A stretch of 64,000 nucleotides of DNA from contig NC_043004.1 of NCBI RefSeq assembly GCF_006345805.1, positions 76,074,001 through 76,138,000 of the forward strand. The letters run 5' to 3'. The number at the start of each line of letters is the position of its first letter. The first letter of the stretch is position 1. Under the pieces are notes generated by a model. The model worked only from the letters and a program-made list of their open reading frames with translations. It had not been told where the DNA came from and did not search any database. Below are positions 28,575 through 41,563 of this stretch, one piece after another. Made by a program: the position numbers and the translations under genes. Source of the stretch: Octopus sinensis (lineage: Eukaryota).

Positions 28575-28778
28575 CTTATGAAATTAGTTTAGGCCTTCCT
28601 TCTTTTGAAGAATATTTAATAAATAATCTCAGCCAAAGTGGCTGAGAACATCTGATCCTCTTTACAAAGCTCTTGAACATAAAAGGAGACCAGGATGAAA
28701 ATGGCAACAACAGAAAGAAGGATGAGGATAATGGATCAACAAGAGAGCCAAGAAATAGCAGCCAAATATCCCTTAGAC

Positions 28779-29559
28779 CAGTGCTTCTCAAACTATCTGA
28801 TGTGGTGTACCAGCAGTATTTTTTTTCTAATGTGCCAGGGATTGGTAATATTTCTTATTGTCTTACTACCAGTGTCGCCTTACTGGCACCTGTGCCGGTG
28901 ACATGTGTAAAAAGACTGGCCCTGTACCGGTGGCACGTAAAAGGGCACCATCCGAGCGTGATCATTACCAACGTCGCCTTACTGGCACCTGTGCCGGTGG
29001 CATGTGTAAAAAGATTCAAGCAAGGTCGTTGCCAGTAACTCTAGACTGGCCCCCATGCCCGTGGCACGTAAAAGGGCACCATTCGAGCGTGATCATTACC
29101 AATGTCACCTTACTGGCACCTGTGCCGGTGGCATGTGTAAAAAGATTTGAGCGAGGTCGTTGCCAGTACCACCAGACTGGCCCCTGTGCTGGTGGCATGT
29201 AAAAAGCACCCACTACACTTTTGGAGTGGTTGGCGTTAAGAAGGGCATCCAGCTGTAGAAACTCTGCCAGATCAGATCGGAGCCTGGTGCAGCCATCTGG
29301 TTTACCAGTCCTCAGTCAAATCGTCCAACCCATGCTAGCATGGAAAGCAAACGTTAAACGATGATGATGGAAACAATATATATAATGAATATAATAAAAG
29401 CTGATAATTTTCTTTTATCTTGTATTTATTTTGTAAACAAATAATACAATATTACATAAACATTTTATAAAGTTTCTTTTCTGGAAACTCACTGGGTGCC
29501 AGCAACTGATGGCTCACGGACCGGTGCTGGTCCGTGGACCACCAATTCAAGTAGCACTG
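28779..29559. mobile_element. hAT-type MITE with 8-bp TSD and a nested SINE
   Basis: TSD CCTTAGAC at 28771-28778 and 29560-29567; termini CAGTGCT.../...AGCACTG; SINE at about 28865-29370 inside. Confidence 0.8.
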
Positions 29560-31392
29560 CCTTAGACCACACTTTTCTACTTCAACAAAGAAAAGAAATA
29601 GTGGACGATGTAGTCTTAGATAGACAACAATATGGACTGATTAAGACTGTATTGCCATCAGTCATGGTCCCACAGGGTTGCAGATGGTTTAGAGCAAAGA
29701 TTCTCAACCATTTTTTGTCTATGGATGTTTTTTAATTCCCATTTTACTTGAGTGGACCCCAATAACCATTCTATGTTTAAAAACAAGTTTCATAGAGATT
29801 TCTTTCAAAATTCCTATTTTGTTTTTCACACATTAACTTCTGTAAGATAAACTATCTAAAATGTTAGAGAATGGCTCCTGTGTTGGTGGCATGCAATAAA
29901 CACCATCCATGTGCGGGTCGTTGCCAGTGCTGCCTGACTGGTTATTATATAGTCAATCGACCTTCTAGAAATAGCAGCTAAATCTCCTTTAGATCTCAAG
30001 CTGCCTTCTTTAAAAAATGCATAGGTGCAAGCATGGCTGTGTGGTTAAGAATTTGCTTTGCAACATGAGGGATTCAGGTTCAATTCCACTGTGTAGCACC
30101 TTGGGCAAGTGTCATCTGTTATAGTCCTGGGCCGACAAATGCCTTGTGAGTCAATTTGAGAGATGGAAACTGTGCGGAAGCCGATCACGTGTGTGTGTGT
30201 GTGATTTTGTGTTTGTCAACAACACCTGATTCCAGATAAGGTAATATTTCCACATGGCCAGACATGGTTTTCATGGGAGACTGGGAATGAACAACATCGC
30301 TTGTATGACAATGATATTCGTTTATAACTATGATGTCAGGACAAGGTATACACACATGGGGCTTCTTTCAGTTTTCACCTACGAAGTCCACACAATTTTA
30401 TTGGGCCCAAGGTTATAATAGAAGACACTTGTCTAAAGTGCTGTGTAATGAGATTGAACCTGAGATCACATAGCTGAAAAAGCAAGCTTCTCAACCACAT
30501 GGCCATGCCTGTGCCTATCCTGACAACTGCAGGAAAAATATGGGGCAGGAAGCAAATTCCAGGCAAAGTGCCAAATTATAAGAACAGATGTGGTTATCTT
30601 TTGTTCTTTTTGGGGATGTTCACAAAAGTGAACTTCCTCCTTTTCTAACATCACAACATTCAATCAAGCCATTGAATTGCTTAAAGAACACTTTGAGAGG
30701 ATTCAGTCAGGCAAATACTTATGGACTTCATATTAGTTCACATTTATATATCATCATCATCATCGTCGTCGTCGTCGTCGTCGTCGTCGTCATCATCATC
30801 CTCCTCCTCCTCCTCCTCCTCCTCATCGTTTAATGTCTGCTTTCCATGCTGGTATGGGTTTGACAGTTTGACTGAGGACTGGCGAGCCAGAAGGCTGCAC
30901 CAGGCTAAATCTGATCTGGCAGAGTTTCTACAGCTGGATTGCCCTTCCTAATGCCAACCACTCCATGAGTGTAGTGGGTGGTTTTATGTGCCACCGGCAC
31001 AAGAGCCAGTCAGATGGTTTTGGCAACAGCCATGCTCAGAAGGTGTTTTTCACGTGCCACCTGCACAAGAGCCAGTCCAGTGGCACTGGCAAAAACCATG
31101 CTTGAATGTTGTTTTTCACCTGCCACCCGCACATATGCCAGTAAGGCAATGCTGGCAACAATCACACTCAAATGGTGCTTTTTCATGTGCCACCGACACG
31201 GGAGCCAATCCGTAGCCCTGGTAACGATCATGCTTGGATGAGCTTTTAACGTTCCACTGGCACGAGTGCCAACCAGGTGGCACTGTCATCGGTCATGTCA
31301 GAGATTTTGATTTTTTTTCATTTGCCTCAATAGGTCTTTGCAAGCAAAGTTCATCGTCCAATGAACGAGGGGTGCTCATAAGTGGGTCAGAA

Positions 31393-31738
31393 AAACGCCG
31401 CCGCCGTGGTGATCTCATTCTCGCCCACAACATCATAAGTGGAAAGTGTAACCTCTCGAAAGAGCTGTTCTTCACTCCTGCTCCAGAGCGTCGGCTGCGG
31501 GGTCATTTCGAAAAGCTCTACCTGCGACGATTTCATCTCAATCGAAGGAGAGGAGCTTTCTCCGTCCGGGTTGCGGATCCGTGGAACAAGCTGCCAGATG
31601 AGATGGTGAAGATGCCGACGACCGCTTTGTTTAAAGCCTCCCTTGACCTCAAGTGGCCTGAACTCTTTACATGAACACCACCCTGTACTTAACTCCATGT
31701 CCCCCTACATGGCCTTGCTATTTGCTTTTGAGCCAAAT

Positions 31739-31769
<31 letters not shown>

Positions 31770-31770
31770 G
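31393..31770 (+). mobile_element. 3' fragment of a second CR1/L2-clade LINE with an (AACT)n tail
   Basis: RRRRGDLILAHNII...LRGH...RRGAFSVRVADPWNKLP...FKASLD, stop at 31674, then (AACT)n at about 31739-31770. Confidence 0.85.
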
Positions 31771-33775
31771 TTACACCCCACACTTGGATGTACTTTTAAC
31801 ATTCCACTGGCATGAATGCCAATCAAGCAGTACTGTCATCAGCCACAGACGTAGCTGTGTAGTTAAGAAATGTGCTTCACAACCACAAGGTTCTGGGTTC
31901 TGTCCCAAAACATGGCACTTTGGGCAAGTGTCTTCTACTACAGCCTTTCATCATTTCGGTATTGGTAAAAAAAGTACCAGTTGTATACTGAGGTCAATGT
32001 AACCAACGAGGTCCTCTGTCGCACAAATTTCAGGCCCTGTGCCAAAATTTGAAACATTTTTATTATTAGGTGAATGGGGCTACTCTAAGCATGTACTTGT
32101 AGATTGGAGAGCAACAGATGGGTGAGGGTTTGTGCCCTTATTGATCAAGGAAATCATGAATCTGAGGGGGTTTCTTGATTAACCCTGGCTGGAGGTTCTT
32201 TTGTCTCAGGAGGACAGCATCATAGATGTAGTTATATATTCTGTATACTTTCTTCTCATTTCAACCTCTTTTTCCTTTTCTTTCCCTGCAACTTTGAATC
32301 TTTTATGTAAAACCTTTCCTACAAAAATCGTAAACTGTCCTTGTAATGTTTCCCTCATCTGATGCCCTTGAGGCAAATAAAAGAAATCATTATCAGCAGC
32401 AGCAGGAGGCAAGTGGATTGCATTGTCTAACAAAGCAGTGGTTCTTAACAGAGAAACATTGGCCACTCCACCACTGCCGCCGCCACCACCTTCGCTCTTA
32501 ATGAGAAGGCATAATTGAGTTGGCATCCATATAATTCTTCCTTATTAACCATGGTGCCTGACAAGTTTAGAATGTTTAACACCCTCTTAATAATATACGT
32601 CCACCCGCTTTTCCATCTTCACAAATACCCACCACCACCACCACCACCACCACCACCGTCTCCACCACCGTGAGGAATACGAGTCTAATGTCTCCTTCAT
32701 TTTCAAAAACAGTAGTAGGAAAAAAAACTTGGCTGTTATTTCTAACAAACTGGGTGAAGAAACTTCCTCGTTACCTCATTAATGTCATTATTGTAATAGC
32801 TTTCGACTCTGTTGTTATTATTTTGACTAAACTACTTTCAGTATTACATAAAAAAACATCATCAATCCATTAAGTCTGCAGATTGGATATATTACTGTCT
32901 AACTACCATTATTTACTCATTTAGACATGGCTGCTAAAAAGAAGCTAACAAAATCAAGCAAAATGCTTGAGAGAAAGTGAAACCATCCTATAATAAATAG
33001 TAGGGGTAGTGGTAGGAGCTGTGTGAACAGTAGGAGTAGCAGTGGTTGTGTTTATTGTTTTATTTCCTAAGTTTAATATTAGAAGTGGATATGTGCGTGC
33101 GTTGGCGATAATCTATGGTAATTATACTAGTTATTTTTGTAGCTGTAACTAATTGAATACCGTTTATTATTGTCGTAATTATACTCAGTAGTAGTAGTAG
33201 CAGCAGCAGTAGTAGCAGTATAGCTTTACTTACGGTTATGTGACTAAGAAGTTTGCTTTGCAAATACATAGTTTTCGGTTCGGTCCCAGTGCGCAACACC
33301 TCGGGCAAGTGTGCTACTATAACTCCAGGCAAACCAAGGACTTGCCAGTGGAAACCTGTCAAGTACACACACACACACACACACGTACCCTCACATATAC
33401 ACAGAACCCCCCCAACACACACATTACATACTGCACGCTAATATAACCATCTCCCACTCCCCACAACTTTATGCTTTCCAGAAAAAAAACAGACCAACAA
33501 ACACAGCTATATATACCTACAAAAGTTATACATATGACACCACTACACATACTACACACCCCACCCCTGCAGGGACATTACATTAATAATACACACTTCT
33601 CCCACTTCAAGATAACTCTTGCCAGCTTCACAACATACCCAACCAAGAGACATAGCTCCTAACCCAATCCCTGGACCCTTTTTCATTTCACCATATTTTT
33701 CACAACAGCCACTGATCAGTTGTGCTAGCCCACCTCTGACAATAGAGAGCAGTCACCATAGTCCCTTACATATCA

Positions 33776-33858
33776 GCCATCTCTGATGAGTGTAAAGTCA
33801 TATAATCAGATTGTTACGTAACACTCCATTGTATTCTTTACACGAAACTGTTTGGTAA
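33776..33858 (+). ncRNA. Second copy of the same hammerhead motif; 3' strand of stem I replaced by a SINE
   Basis: CTGATGA 33783-33789; perfect 8-bp stem II GTGTAAAG (33790-33797)/CTTTACAC (33836-33843); GAAAC-tgtttg-GTA ending at 33857. SINE sequence starts about 1 nt later. Confidence 0.7.
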
Positions 33859-34249
33859 CGTAACGGCAGACAAAATAGATATTTCTTTACTACCCACAAG
33901 GGGCTAAACACAGAAGGGACAAACAAGGACAGACTAACGGATTAAGTTGATTATATCGATCCCAGTGCGTAACTGGTACTTATTTAATTGACCCTGAAAG
34001 GATGAAAGGCAAAGTTGACCTCGGCGGGATTTGAACTCAGAATGTAACGGCAGACGAAATACTGCTAAGCATTTCGCCCCGCGTGCTAATGGTTCTGCCA
34101 GCTCGCCGCCTTTTTACATACCTATGCATACATACATACATACACACATGTACATACTCATGTAATGAAATGTGAGGTGAGAGAGAGGGAGAGAAAGAGA
34201 GATGAAGTAGGAGAAAGAACAATGAAAATATTCAAGAATGGTATCTTAC

Positions 34250-34900
34250 CTCTTTTGATATATCCATGCATCAATAAATAGTTGCGGTCACCAAACCAAT
34301 ACTTGATGTCATCAAAGGTTATGGTCCCAAACACTGTGTTGCCAACCAGATCTTTTCCTTTCCCAAGGTAAAACCTGTCTTCATAAGTGTTGTACTTGTA
34401 GTTTGTCTTCTTGACAGCGTTGACGCCATGTGAATCGTCAAAGGCAATAAGTCTGTTGTTGTTATAGATCACAAGCCCAGTTGTTGGATGCCAGGAAATT
34501 TCAATGAAGCGCCATTCACCTTCTGGAATCTCTTTTGAATCAACAATGGCTGTCCATTTCCTGGAAGACGTAGACAGCGTGAATTCGAACTTACCATTTA
34601 CGTATTTGAGCGAGAGACCATTGAGGGCTGTAGAGAAATAATCCATGTTGTTGAGCGTCTTGTTTAGACGCAACCACATTGACATGAGGAAACCATGTGG
34701 GCAGAGATCTAAGTTACCCAAACACATACGTGGGTGTTCGTTGACATCGATATACTGCGATCTCCCATTCAGCTGGATTGCTTTTCCGATTTTACCTGTC
34801 ACAAGATGAGGGTTACCATATGACTGGATTCTTATGCTAGGATGTGAAATTCTTTGACCAACCATCCGTTCAAAAGGGAAATAGTAGATATTAGGGCGTC
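34250..34900 (-). CDS. Coding exon: complete LamG/pentraxin-like domain 3
   Basis: Acceptor ttttacttcacag|GA and donor AGA G|GTAAGA; 651 nt, phase 1-1. Encodes GKIGKAIQLNG...MCLGNLDLCPHGFLMSMW...WRFIEISWHPTTGLVIYNN...FYLG...FDDIKYW...YIKRG. Confidence 0.93.
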
Positions 34901-36072
34901 CTGTGAAGTAAAACAGAGACAAATGTAATTAGACATAACTGAGTGTTATTGTTTTAGAAAACAATGGATCATCATCATCATTTAATGTCCGCTTTCCATG
35001 CTGGCATGGGTTGGACAGTTTGACTGAGGACTTGTGAACCAGAGGCTGCACCAGGCTCAATCTGATCTGGCAAGGTTTCTATAGCTGGATGCCCTTCCAA
35101 ATGCCAACCACTCCAAGTGTGTAATGGGTGTTTTTACGTGCCGGTGGCATAAGGGCCAGTCAGGTGGTTCTGGTAATGACCACGCTCAATGATGATGATG
35201 ATATATATAGGGTGTCCATAAATTACAGACATCACTAAACATATCCCCAATGGTTGTTATATTTTTTTGATAACATAACAGGTTAGATAGGATGATGTCT
35301 ATATTACAATATTACAATATTACAATAACCAATAAGATGTTGTGAATGTATATTACGATCATGAAATTAGCATTAGCTTATCTCACTCTTTCTCACAGAA
35401 CCCCTAGGAATCTTTTGCAGAACCCCATGGTTTCAGGGAGCACCGGTTGAGAAACGCTGCAATAGATAGACAAACGGGGCGATTTTAATTATTTCTCTGT
35501 AGATTGGAAAAAAAATGATGAGCAGCCTTAATGATTTTTTTAACATTATCGGGTTCTCATCAGGGGTCTACAGCATTTGACCAATTCCCGAGAAAGGGGC
35601 AGCCCATCTATATACACAACAAATCCAGTAACTTCAGAGAACTGGAGCAACTTACCTCCTCTAAGGTGTCCTACCCTTATTTTAGATAGTAAGGTATGGG
35701 TTGAGTGAAATTTTACTGCTATTTCAAGTGGATTGAATGACCACATTGTGACTCCCAAAGAACAAGATGGCAGCTACAACAAATGTAGTCAAACATGAGT
35801 GGCTGTGTGGTAAGAAGCTTGCTTGTCAACCACACGGTTCCGGGTTCAGTCCCACTGCATGGCACCTTGGGCGAGTGTGGTCTATTATAGCCTTGGGCCG
35901 ACCAAAGCCTTGTGAGTGGATTTGTTAGACAGAAACTGACAGAAGTGTGTTGTATATATATCTATCTATATATATATATATCTATATATATCTATATATA
36001 TATATATATATCCAGAATTACTTACCTCCCTTACACATAATTGTTTTACTCAGGGAGTAAATAAAAGATAAA

Positions 36073-36429
36073 CTAGCACTATTGTGCTAGTGCATGCATA
36101 TACAGCTGCGTGCATGCGCACATACACGCGAGTACTGTCCAAATCTCCGACCAATCACATACAGTTAGCTGACATTCAATTGGTGTATCAAGTTTCGGGC
36201 ATTTTGATTGGGTTTTGGATAGAAAATTCACAAAAAAGTCACTTCTATTGATTTTTTAATGGGTTTGTGGGGTGACTGGGGAAATGTAAAGACATGCATG
36301 ACCACCCTTGGACGGTTTTAAATGACCATAGAAAGTGCGAACCCTCTAACTGAAGAATTGTGGATTTGTATAAAGGACACTCACACACACACACACAGAC
36401 AGACATTTTGCTGTTTAAATATATAGAGA
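36073..36429 (-). mobile_element. Non-autonomous Helitron-like element starting at intron position +15 after the domain-2 exon donor
   Basis: Minus strand A|TCtctatatatttaaacagc...; internal (GT)n; terminal hairpin ctagcac-aata-gtgCTAG|T. Confidence 0.6.
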
Positions 36430-36443
36430 TGACGGAGACTTAC

Positions 36444-37073
36444 CTCGTTGTATGAAGTCAATAAATATGAGAGTATCGCGGTCGGCCAGGTAAATATCCA
36501 TTTCGTCAATAGCAACTTCTGGAAACATACTTGATGACATTGCTCCCATATTTTGACCAATATAAATCTCATCCTCTTGGATGGAACCAATAATCTTATG
36601 GGAAGACACTGTAGGAGAACCGACAAGACGCTGGTTCAAATACATGGACAAACCACTCTTCATGTGGAATGACACTTCTAAGAAATACCATTCTCCAGTT
36701 TTGATATTACTGGTCCACACTTTCCAGAGTTGGTTGTTATTAATTACCTGTGCAAAGAGTTCGTTGTTCACGGAATATATAGTGAATCCTTTGGGTCCAC
36801 TTGACATGTAATAATGTTTCCCAGAAAGGTTCTTGAATTTAATCCATGTTGAAATCATGAAACCGTACATACATTTGGAAGTGTCTTTCAGGCAGGTACC
36901 TCGTTTGTGTTTCAGAGACACATAATCTCCTTTGCCACCAAGGTGTAGAGCTTTACCAAGTTTGGAATCTAACGAGAGCATTGCATTGTCGTGTAGTTTA
37001 GCATCAAGGTATTTCACATCGAGTTCGTTTCGGTGCTGTTTATCCATATTCAGGTTATAATGGAAAATGGCTC
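36444..37073 (-). CDS. Coding exon: complete LamG/pentraxin-like domain 2
   Basis: Acceptor tcttctcactcag|GA and donor CGA G|GTAAGT; 630 nt, phase 1-1. Encodes GKALHLGG...TCLKDTSKCMYGFMISTW...WYFLEVSF...GLSMYLN...IYIG...IDEMDIY...FIQRG. Confidence 0.92.
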
Positions 37074-37297
37074 CTGAGTGAGAAGAGAAGAGATGGGCAG
37101 AGGTGAGGAACTGTGTAAGGAGCATTTAATTCAAATAATAAATTACCTTCATTGAAACAGTATTGCAAGATCAGGTGAAATGATGAGATTGAGAAGGAAA
37201 AAGACAAGAAGAAAAATCCGAGCCAACAAGAAATTGTCTTTACATCTTTCTGGACGTTTCTAAACTAAGAAAATATAAGATAGAGTGATATATATAT

Positions 37298-37331
<34 letters not shown>

Positions 37332-37340
37332 ATTATATAT

Positions 37341-37373
<33 letters not shown>

Positions 37374-37374
37374 G

Positions 37375-37486
37375 GATGGATGGATGGATGGATGGATGGA
37401 TGGATGGATGGATGGATGGATGGATGGATGGATGGATGGATGGATGGATGGATGGATGGATGGATGGATGATTAGATAGATAGATT

Positions 37487-37535
<49 letters not shown>

Positions 37536-37545
37536 ATAGATAAAT

Positions 37546-37608
<63 letters not shown>

Positions 37609-37704
37609 ATTAGATAGATAGATAGATAGATAGATAAATAGATAAATTAGATAGATAGATAGATAGATAGATTGATAGATAGATAGATAGATAAATAGAT
37701 AAAT

Positions 37705-37751
<47 letters not shown>

Positions 37752-37753
37752 AT

Positions 37754-37792
<39 letters not shown>

Positions 37793-37863
37793 ATAGATAA
37801 ATTAGATAGATAGATAGATAGATAGATTGATAGATAGATAGATAGATAGATAAATAGATAAAT

Positions 37864-37902
<39 letters not shown>

Positions 37903-37912
37903 ATAGATAAAT

Positions 37913-37947
<35 letters not shown>

Positions 37948-37955
37948 ATTAGATA
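37375..37955 (+). repeat. (GGAT)n followed by interrupted (GATA)n; continues at 39601-39860 beyond the Tx1 insertion
   Basis: Direct reading; recurring aaatagataaatt interruptions. Confidence 0.95.
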
Positions 37956-37956
37956 T

Positions 37957-39601
37957 GTTTCTTTATTAGCCACACAGGGCTGCACACAGATAGAACAAAT
38001 TACAAGGTAGAGCTTTTCTTTTGAAGGTTTTAAAAAAAAAAAAAAAAAGGAAGGGGGAGTTTCGATCAAAAGGGATCGTAAAAGGAGAGAAAGAGGACAA
38101 AAAAAAGGGGGGTTAAAAAAAAAAAAAGGGGGAGAGGGAAAAAAAATTGATCAATAGGGATCGTTATCACAGAAATGTCAATATGAAGTGTAAAGGGGAG
38201 GACAGGTGAGGTTTACCCGTGGAAAGAAAAGCCTACGGAAAAGACCACGGTAACCTCGGTCAATGAAGTCACATTTTATATTTCTTTTTTTTTTTTTTTT
38301 TTTTTTTTTGCAAATAAGCAACTCTCTGTTTTCGATTTCTGGGTTCATAGGACTATGCTCAAGGTGGCTTCGTCATTCATACGTGCCATTCTTGCTACAT
38401 TCACCCATCTTTTTTTAAAACATTCGCTAGACAAAACTTGCCTCTCTACTCTCACTTTCCTTTTCAAGTGGTACTTGAAGAAGTTGATGAGAGATTGACC
38501 AGAGAGGAAAGTGTTTGTCTCCAATCCTTTCAGACGCGTCCACCAGATACATTCTTTCGCCATAGCCACAAGGATGATGTAAATAGCTCTTCCTTCCCGT
38601 TTGAAGGAAGGAGGCGTGACAATATTGACGATAGACTCAGCTGATAAACCGACTCGTCCCACACGTGACAGCAGTTGTTCGACATAAGCCCACAGGTCGG
38701 AAATTGTTGGACACTGAACGAGTGCGTGCAGAACGGTTTCGTCGCTCTGACCGCATCTCGGGCAGGTCGGCCCCGTGTTTCTCGAGCCGTGTCTGTAGAG
38801 CTTATCCCGAACGGGTAGCGCTTCTCGGTAGCACTGCCAGGCCAGGGATCTCTGGAAGTTGTCCATGGGCCCTGGCCCGAAAGTCGTCCCGAACAGGCGG
38901 GTCAGGTACTCCTCGTCGACGTCCAGGTTCGCCCCGAGCTCGTCGTCGTACCTCCCCTCCACTAAACCCCTATAGAATGCTTTGGTTGTGTTGAAGTCAC
39001 TTAAGGTCGACCCAGGACGGCAGAGTTGCTTGAGAGCAACGCGACACTCGCGGTGCCATTCGCCCTTCCTCGGCCTCTTTTTGATCCACGACTGCAGTTC
39101 GGTCATGGAGACGAGCTGCGGGGAAGCGTGCCTCACAAACGGCGACCACACCTGTTCACCGTCGTCTACATAGAGCCAGAGATGTCGCGGTCTCAGCGCG
39201 TGTCTGCGCATCATCAACCACGGCATGCCCAGCCCTCCTTTTAACGGGTGTTGACAGCAAATGGATCGCCTGACCATTGGGACGCATCCTTTCCACAAGA
39301 AGAGAAAGAGGATGCGTTGTAGTTTGGTGATGGTAGGGTCGGGACAAGGTACGACGGTCAGGCGGTAGTAGATGACGGACGCGATGTACGTGTTCGCCAC
39401 CTCCGCTCGACCTTTTAGGGACAGTTTCCTCTCGGCCCATTGCCGGGCGAGAGTGACCACCCTACTCGTTATCTCGTTCCAGTTCTTCTCCACTTGGAGG
39501 TCCGGACCAAACCAGACCCCGAGCAACTCAACCGGGCCGTCGGTCCAGCGTCCCACGACGGAGGCGCTGGTGGACGGCATGGGCTTGCTTCTCCAGGTGC
39601 C

Positions 39602-39604
<3 letters not shown>
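37957..39604 (-). mobile_element. 5'-truncated Tx1-like L1-clade LINE (ORF2 C-terminus with zf-RVT, plus 3' UTR) inserted in a (TCTA)n tract
   Basis: Uninterrupted ORF 38345-39604: LGTWRSKP...LLGVWFG...KLSLKGRAEVANTY...GGLGMP...LPVRDKL...CPRCGQSDETVLHALVQC. The 3' UTR ends gccctgtgtggctAATAAAgaaac. (GATA)n flanks both sides. Confidence 0.9.
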
Positions 39605-39635
<31 letters not shown>

Positions 39636-39814
39636 TAGATAGATAGATAGATAGATAGATAAATAGATAAATTAGATAGATAGAAAGTTATATAGATAGA
39701 TAGATAGATAGATAAGTAGGTAGGTAGGAGGTATGTTGGTAGGTAGATAGATAGATAGATAGACAGATAGATAGATAGATGGATAGAAAACTAGCTAGCT
39801 AGATAATTTAGATT

Positions 39815-39852
<38 letters not shown>

Positions 39853-40053
39853 AAGAAAGAAAGATGACATGAGCACCTAGAATTAATAGGCCCTCTGATA
39901 GTTAAAGAAATTTTTGTGAATTAACAAATAAAATTTTAACCTAATTGTTAAGCTGAAGACAAACAATCATTTTTTAAAAAATTCCTTGAAAGAGCTAAAC
40001 GAAAAACAACTTGTAAATTTAACATTAATAAGAGCAAAATAAGGATCACTTAC

Positions 40054-40503
40054 CTAGATGTCTGAGTTCTCTTTTGGTTGAAACATATTTTGGCCAGAAC
40101 CGGAACTCATCAACTATAATGATACCTTGGCCAGACTTACTGCACTGTGTGTCAGAACATCCAATGTAGAAATGTCTTGGCTGTGAATTAGGGGAACTAT
40201 CAGCTGCCTTTTTCTGTTTGGGAGGTTGGGATTTTGAATGTGCGTTGATTCCATTAATGTAGAGCTTTAAACCTTGTAATTTACTCCAAGTAGCTGTCAC
40301 ATGGTACCAATGGTAAGGAAGAATGTTCATACTCTTCTCGGTCCATTCTAAGCCAGCTTTGTTGCGGAATACAAATTCCAAAACTCCTTTACGATAGTAC
40401 ATGGCAATTCCATGAGAATTTTCCAAATGGGCACCACTTGACATGAAGAGCCGTCTTTTGTATGTAGGGTTACGGAAACTCATCCACATGCTAATTGTGT
40501 AAC
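40054..40503 (-). CDS. Coding exon: C-terminal part of LamG/pentraxin-like domain 1
   Basis: Acceptor ttttctcatttttacag|GT and donor CTA G|GTAAGT; 450 nt, phase 1-1. Encodes YTISMWMSF...WYHVTATWSKLQGLKLYING...FYIG...IIVDEFRFW. The W-x-H-V-x-x-T-W-x4-G-L-K-x-Y-x-N-G strand matches the GPR133-type domain as I recall it. Confidence 0.92.
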
Positions 40504-40556
40504 CTGTAAAAATGAGAAAAATCATAACAGTTTTATTATTATCATTATTATTATTA

Positions 40557-40586
<30 letters not shown>

Positions 40587-40587
<1 letters not shown>

Positions 40588-40981
40588 CTCTCTATATATA
40601 AAGCTGAAGTTGTCTGTGTATGGCAGGTTTGGTAGCCTTCAACTAACACTATCTCCTCCGAGACCCTGCAGCGCAAGTTGACCAAAATTGAGAGTATGAT
40701 AGAAGAAGGCTTGCTCTTTCTTCCGTAGAAGAAAAAATTCAAATCAGACCATGTTAACATCAAAAATTATTTACATCAAAAAGGTGCTTTTTTTTTTATA
40801 TGAAAATCCCTATTTTTTACGATTATTTGACTGCTGTGTCGCCATTTTTCAGTGTATTTCAACCAGAAAAATGTTCACTTAAAGAGAATAACAAGCTACA
40901 TAATGCAAAATTTTTACTTTTCAAAAATTCCAATTCTAAGGGATTGAAACAAGCCCGAGCAACGCTGGGTGATACTGCTAG
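40587..40981 (+). mobile_element. Non-autonomous Helitron-like element
   Basis: A|TC start; CTAG|T end; subterminal hairpin cccgagc-aac-gctggg at about 40954-40969; no TSD. Confidence 0.7.
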
Positions 40982-41563
40982 TTCTTATTATTATTAAGGT
41001 GGTGAGCCACCAGAATCGTTAGCATGCTGGATGAAATGCTTTGCAGTATTTTTTCCTGTTGCTACATTCCAAGTTCAAATTCCGCCAAGGTTGACTTTGT
41101 CTTTCATCCTTTTGGGGTCGATAAATTAAGTACCAGTCAAATACTGGGGCCAATGTAATCAACCAGCCCCCTCCTACCAAATTTCAGGCCTTGTGCCTTT
41201 AGTAGAAAGAATTATTATTATTATTGCCTTTGCACAGCTTCTAATGCTGGAGATGTATTACAGTGTCATCTGTTCACTACCAGTGAACTAAGGTAACACC
41301 TCTTACTTTTCGAGCACCTTGTGAAGTATTCAAGCGGTTCCAAACCATGCTGTTTTCTGCAAGTGCTCCACCCTTATTGCAGCCCCTATTTGTTCCACGT
41401 ACTTCTCGAGATTTTTGCTCACTGTTCCCAGGGCTCTGACAATTATTGGTACTATTACTACCTTTTTCATTTACCACAACTGCTTAACTTCCCAAGCTAA
41501 CCTGTCATATCTCTCCACTTTTCTTTATTTTCTCATTATTATTATTATTATTATTATCATTAT

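Noticed and set aside
32206-32526. 106-aa minus-strand ORF in unique-looking sequence
   Set aside because: No domain signature and no compatible phase-1 splice sites.
38438-39608. Several plus-strand ORFs overlapping the Tx1 ORF
   Set aside because: Antisense shadows of a GC-rich coding sequence.
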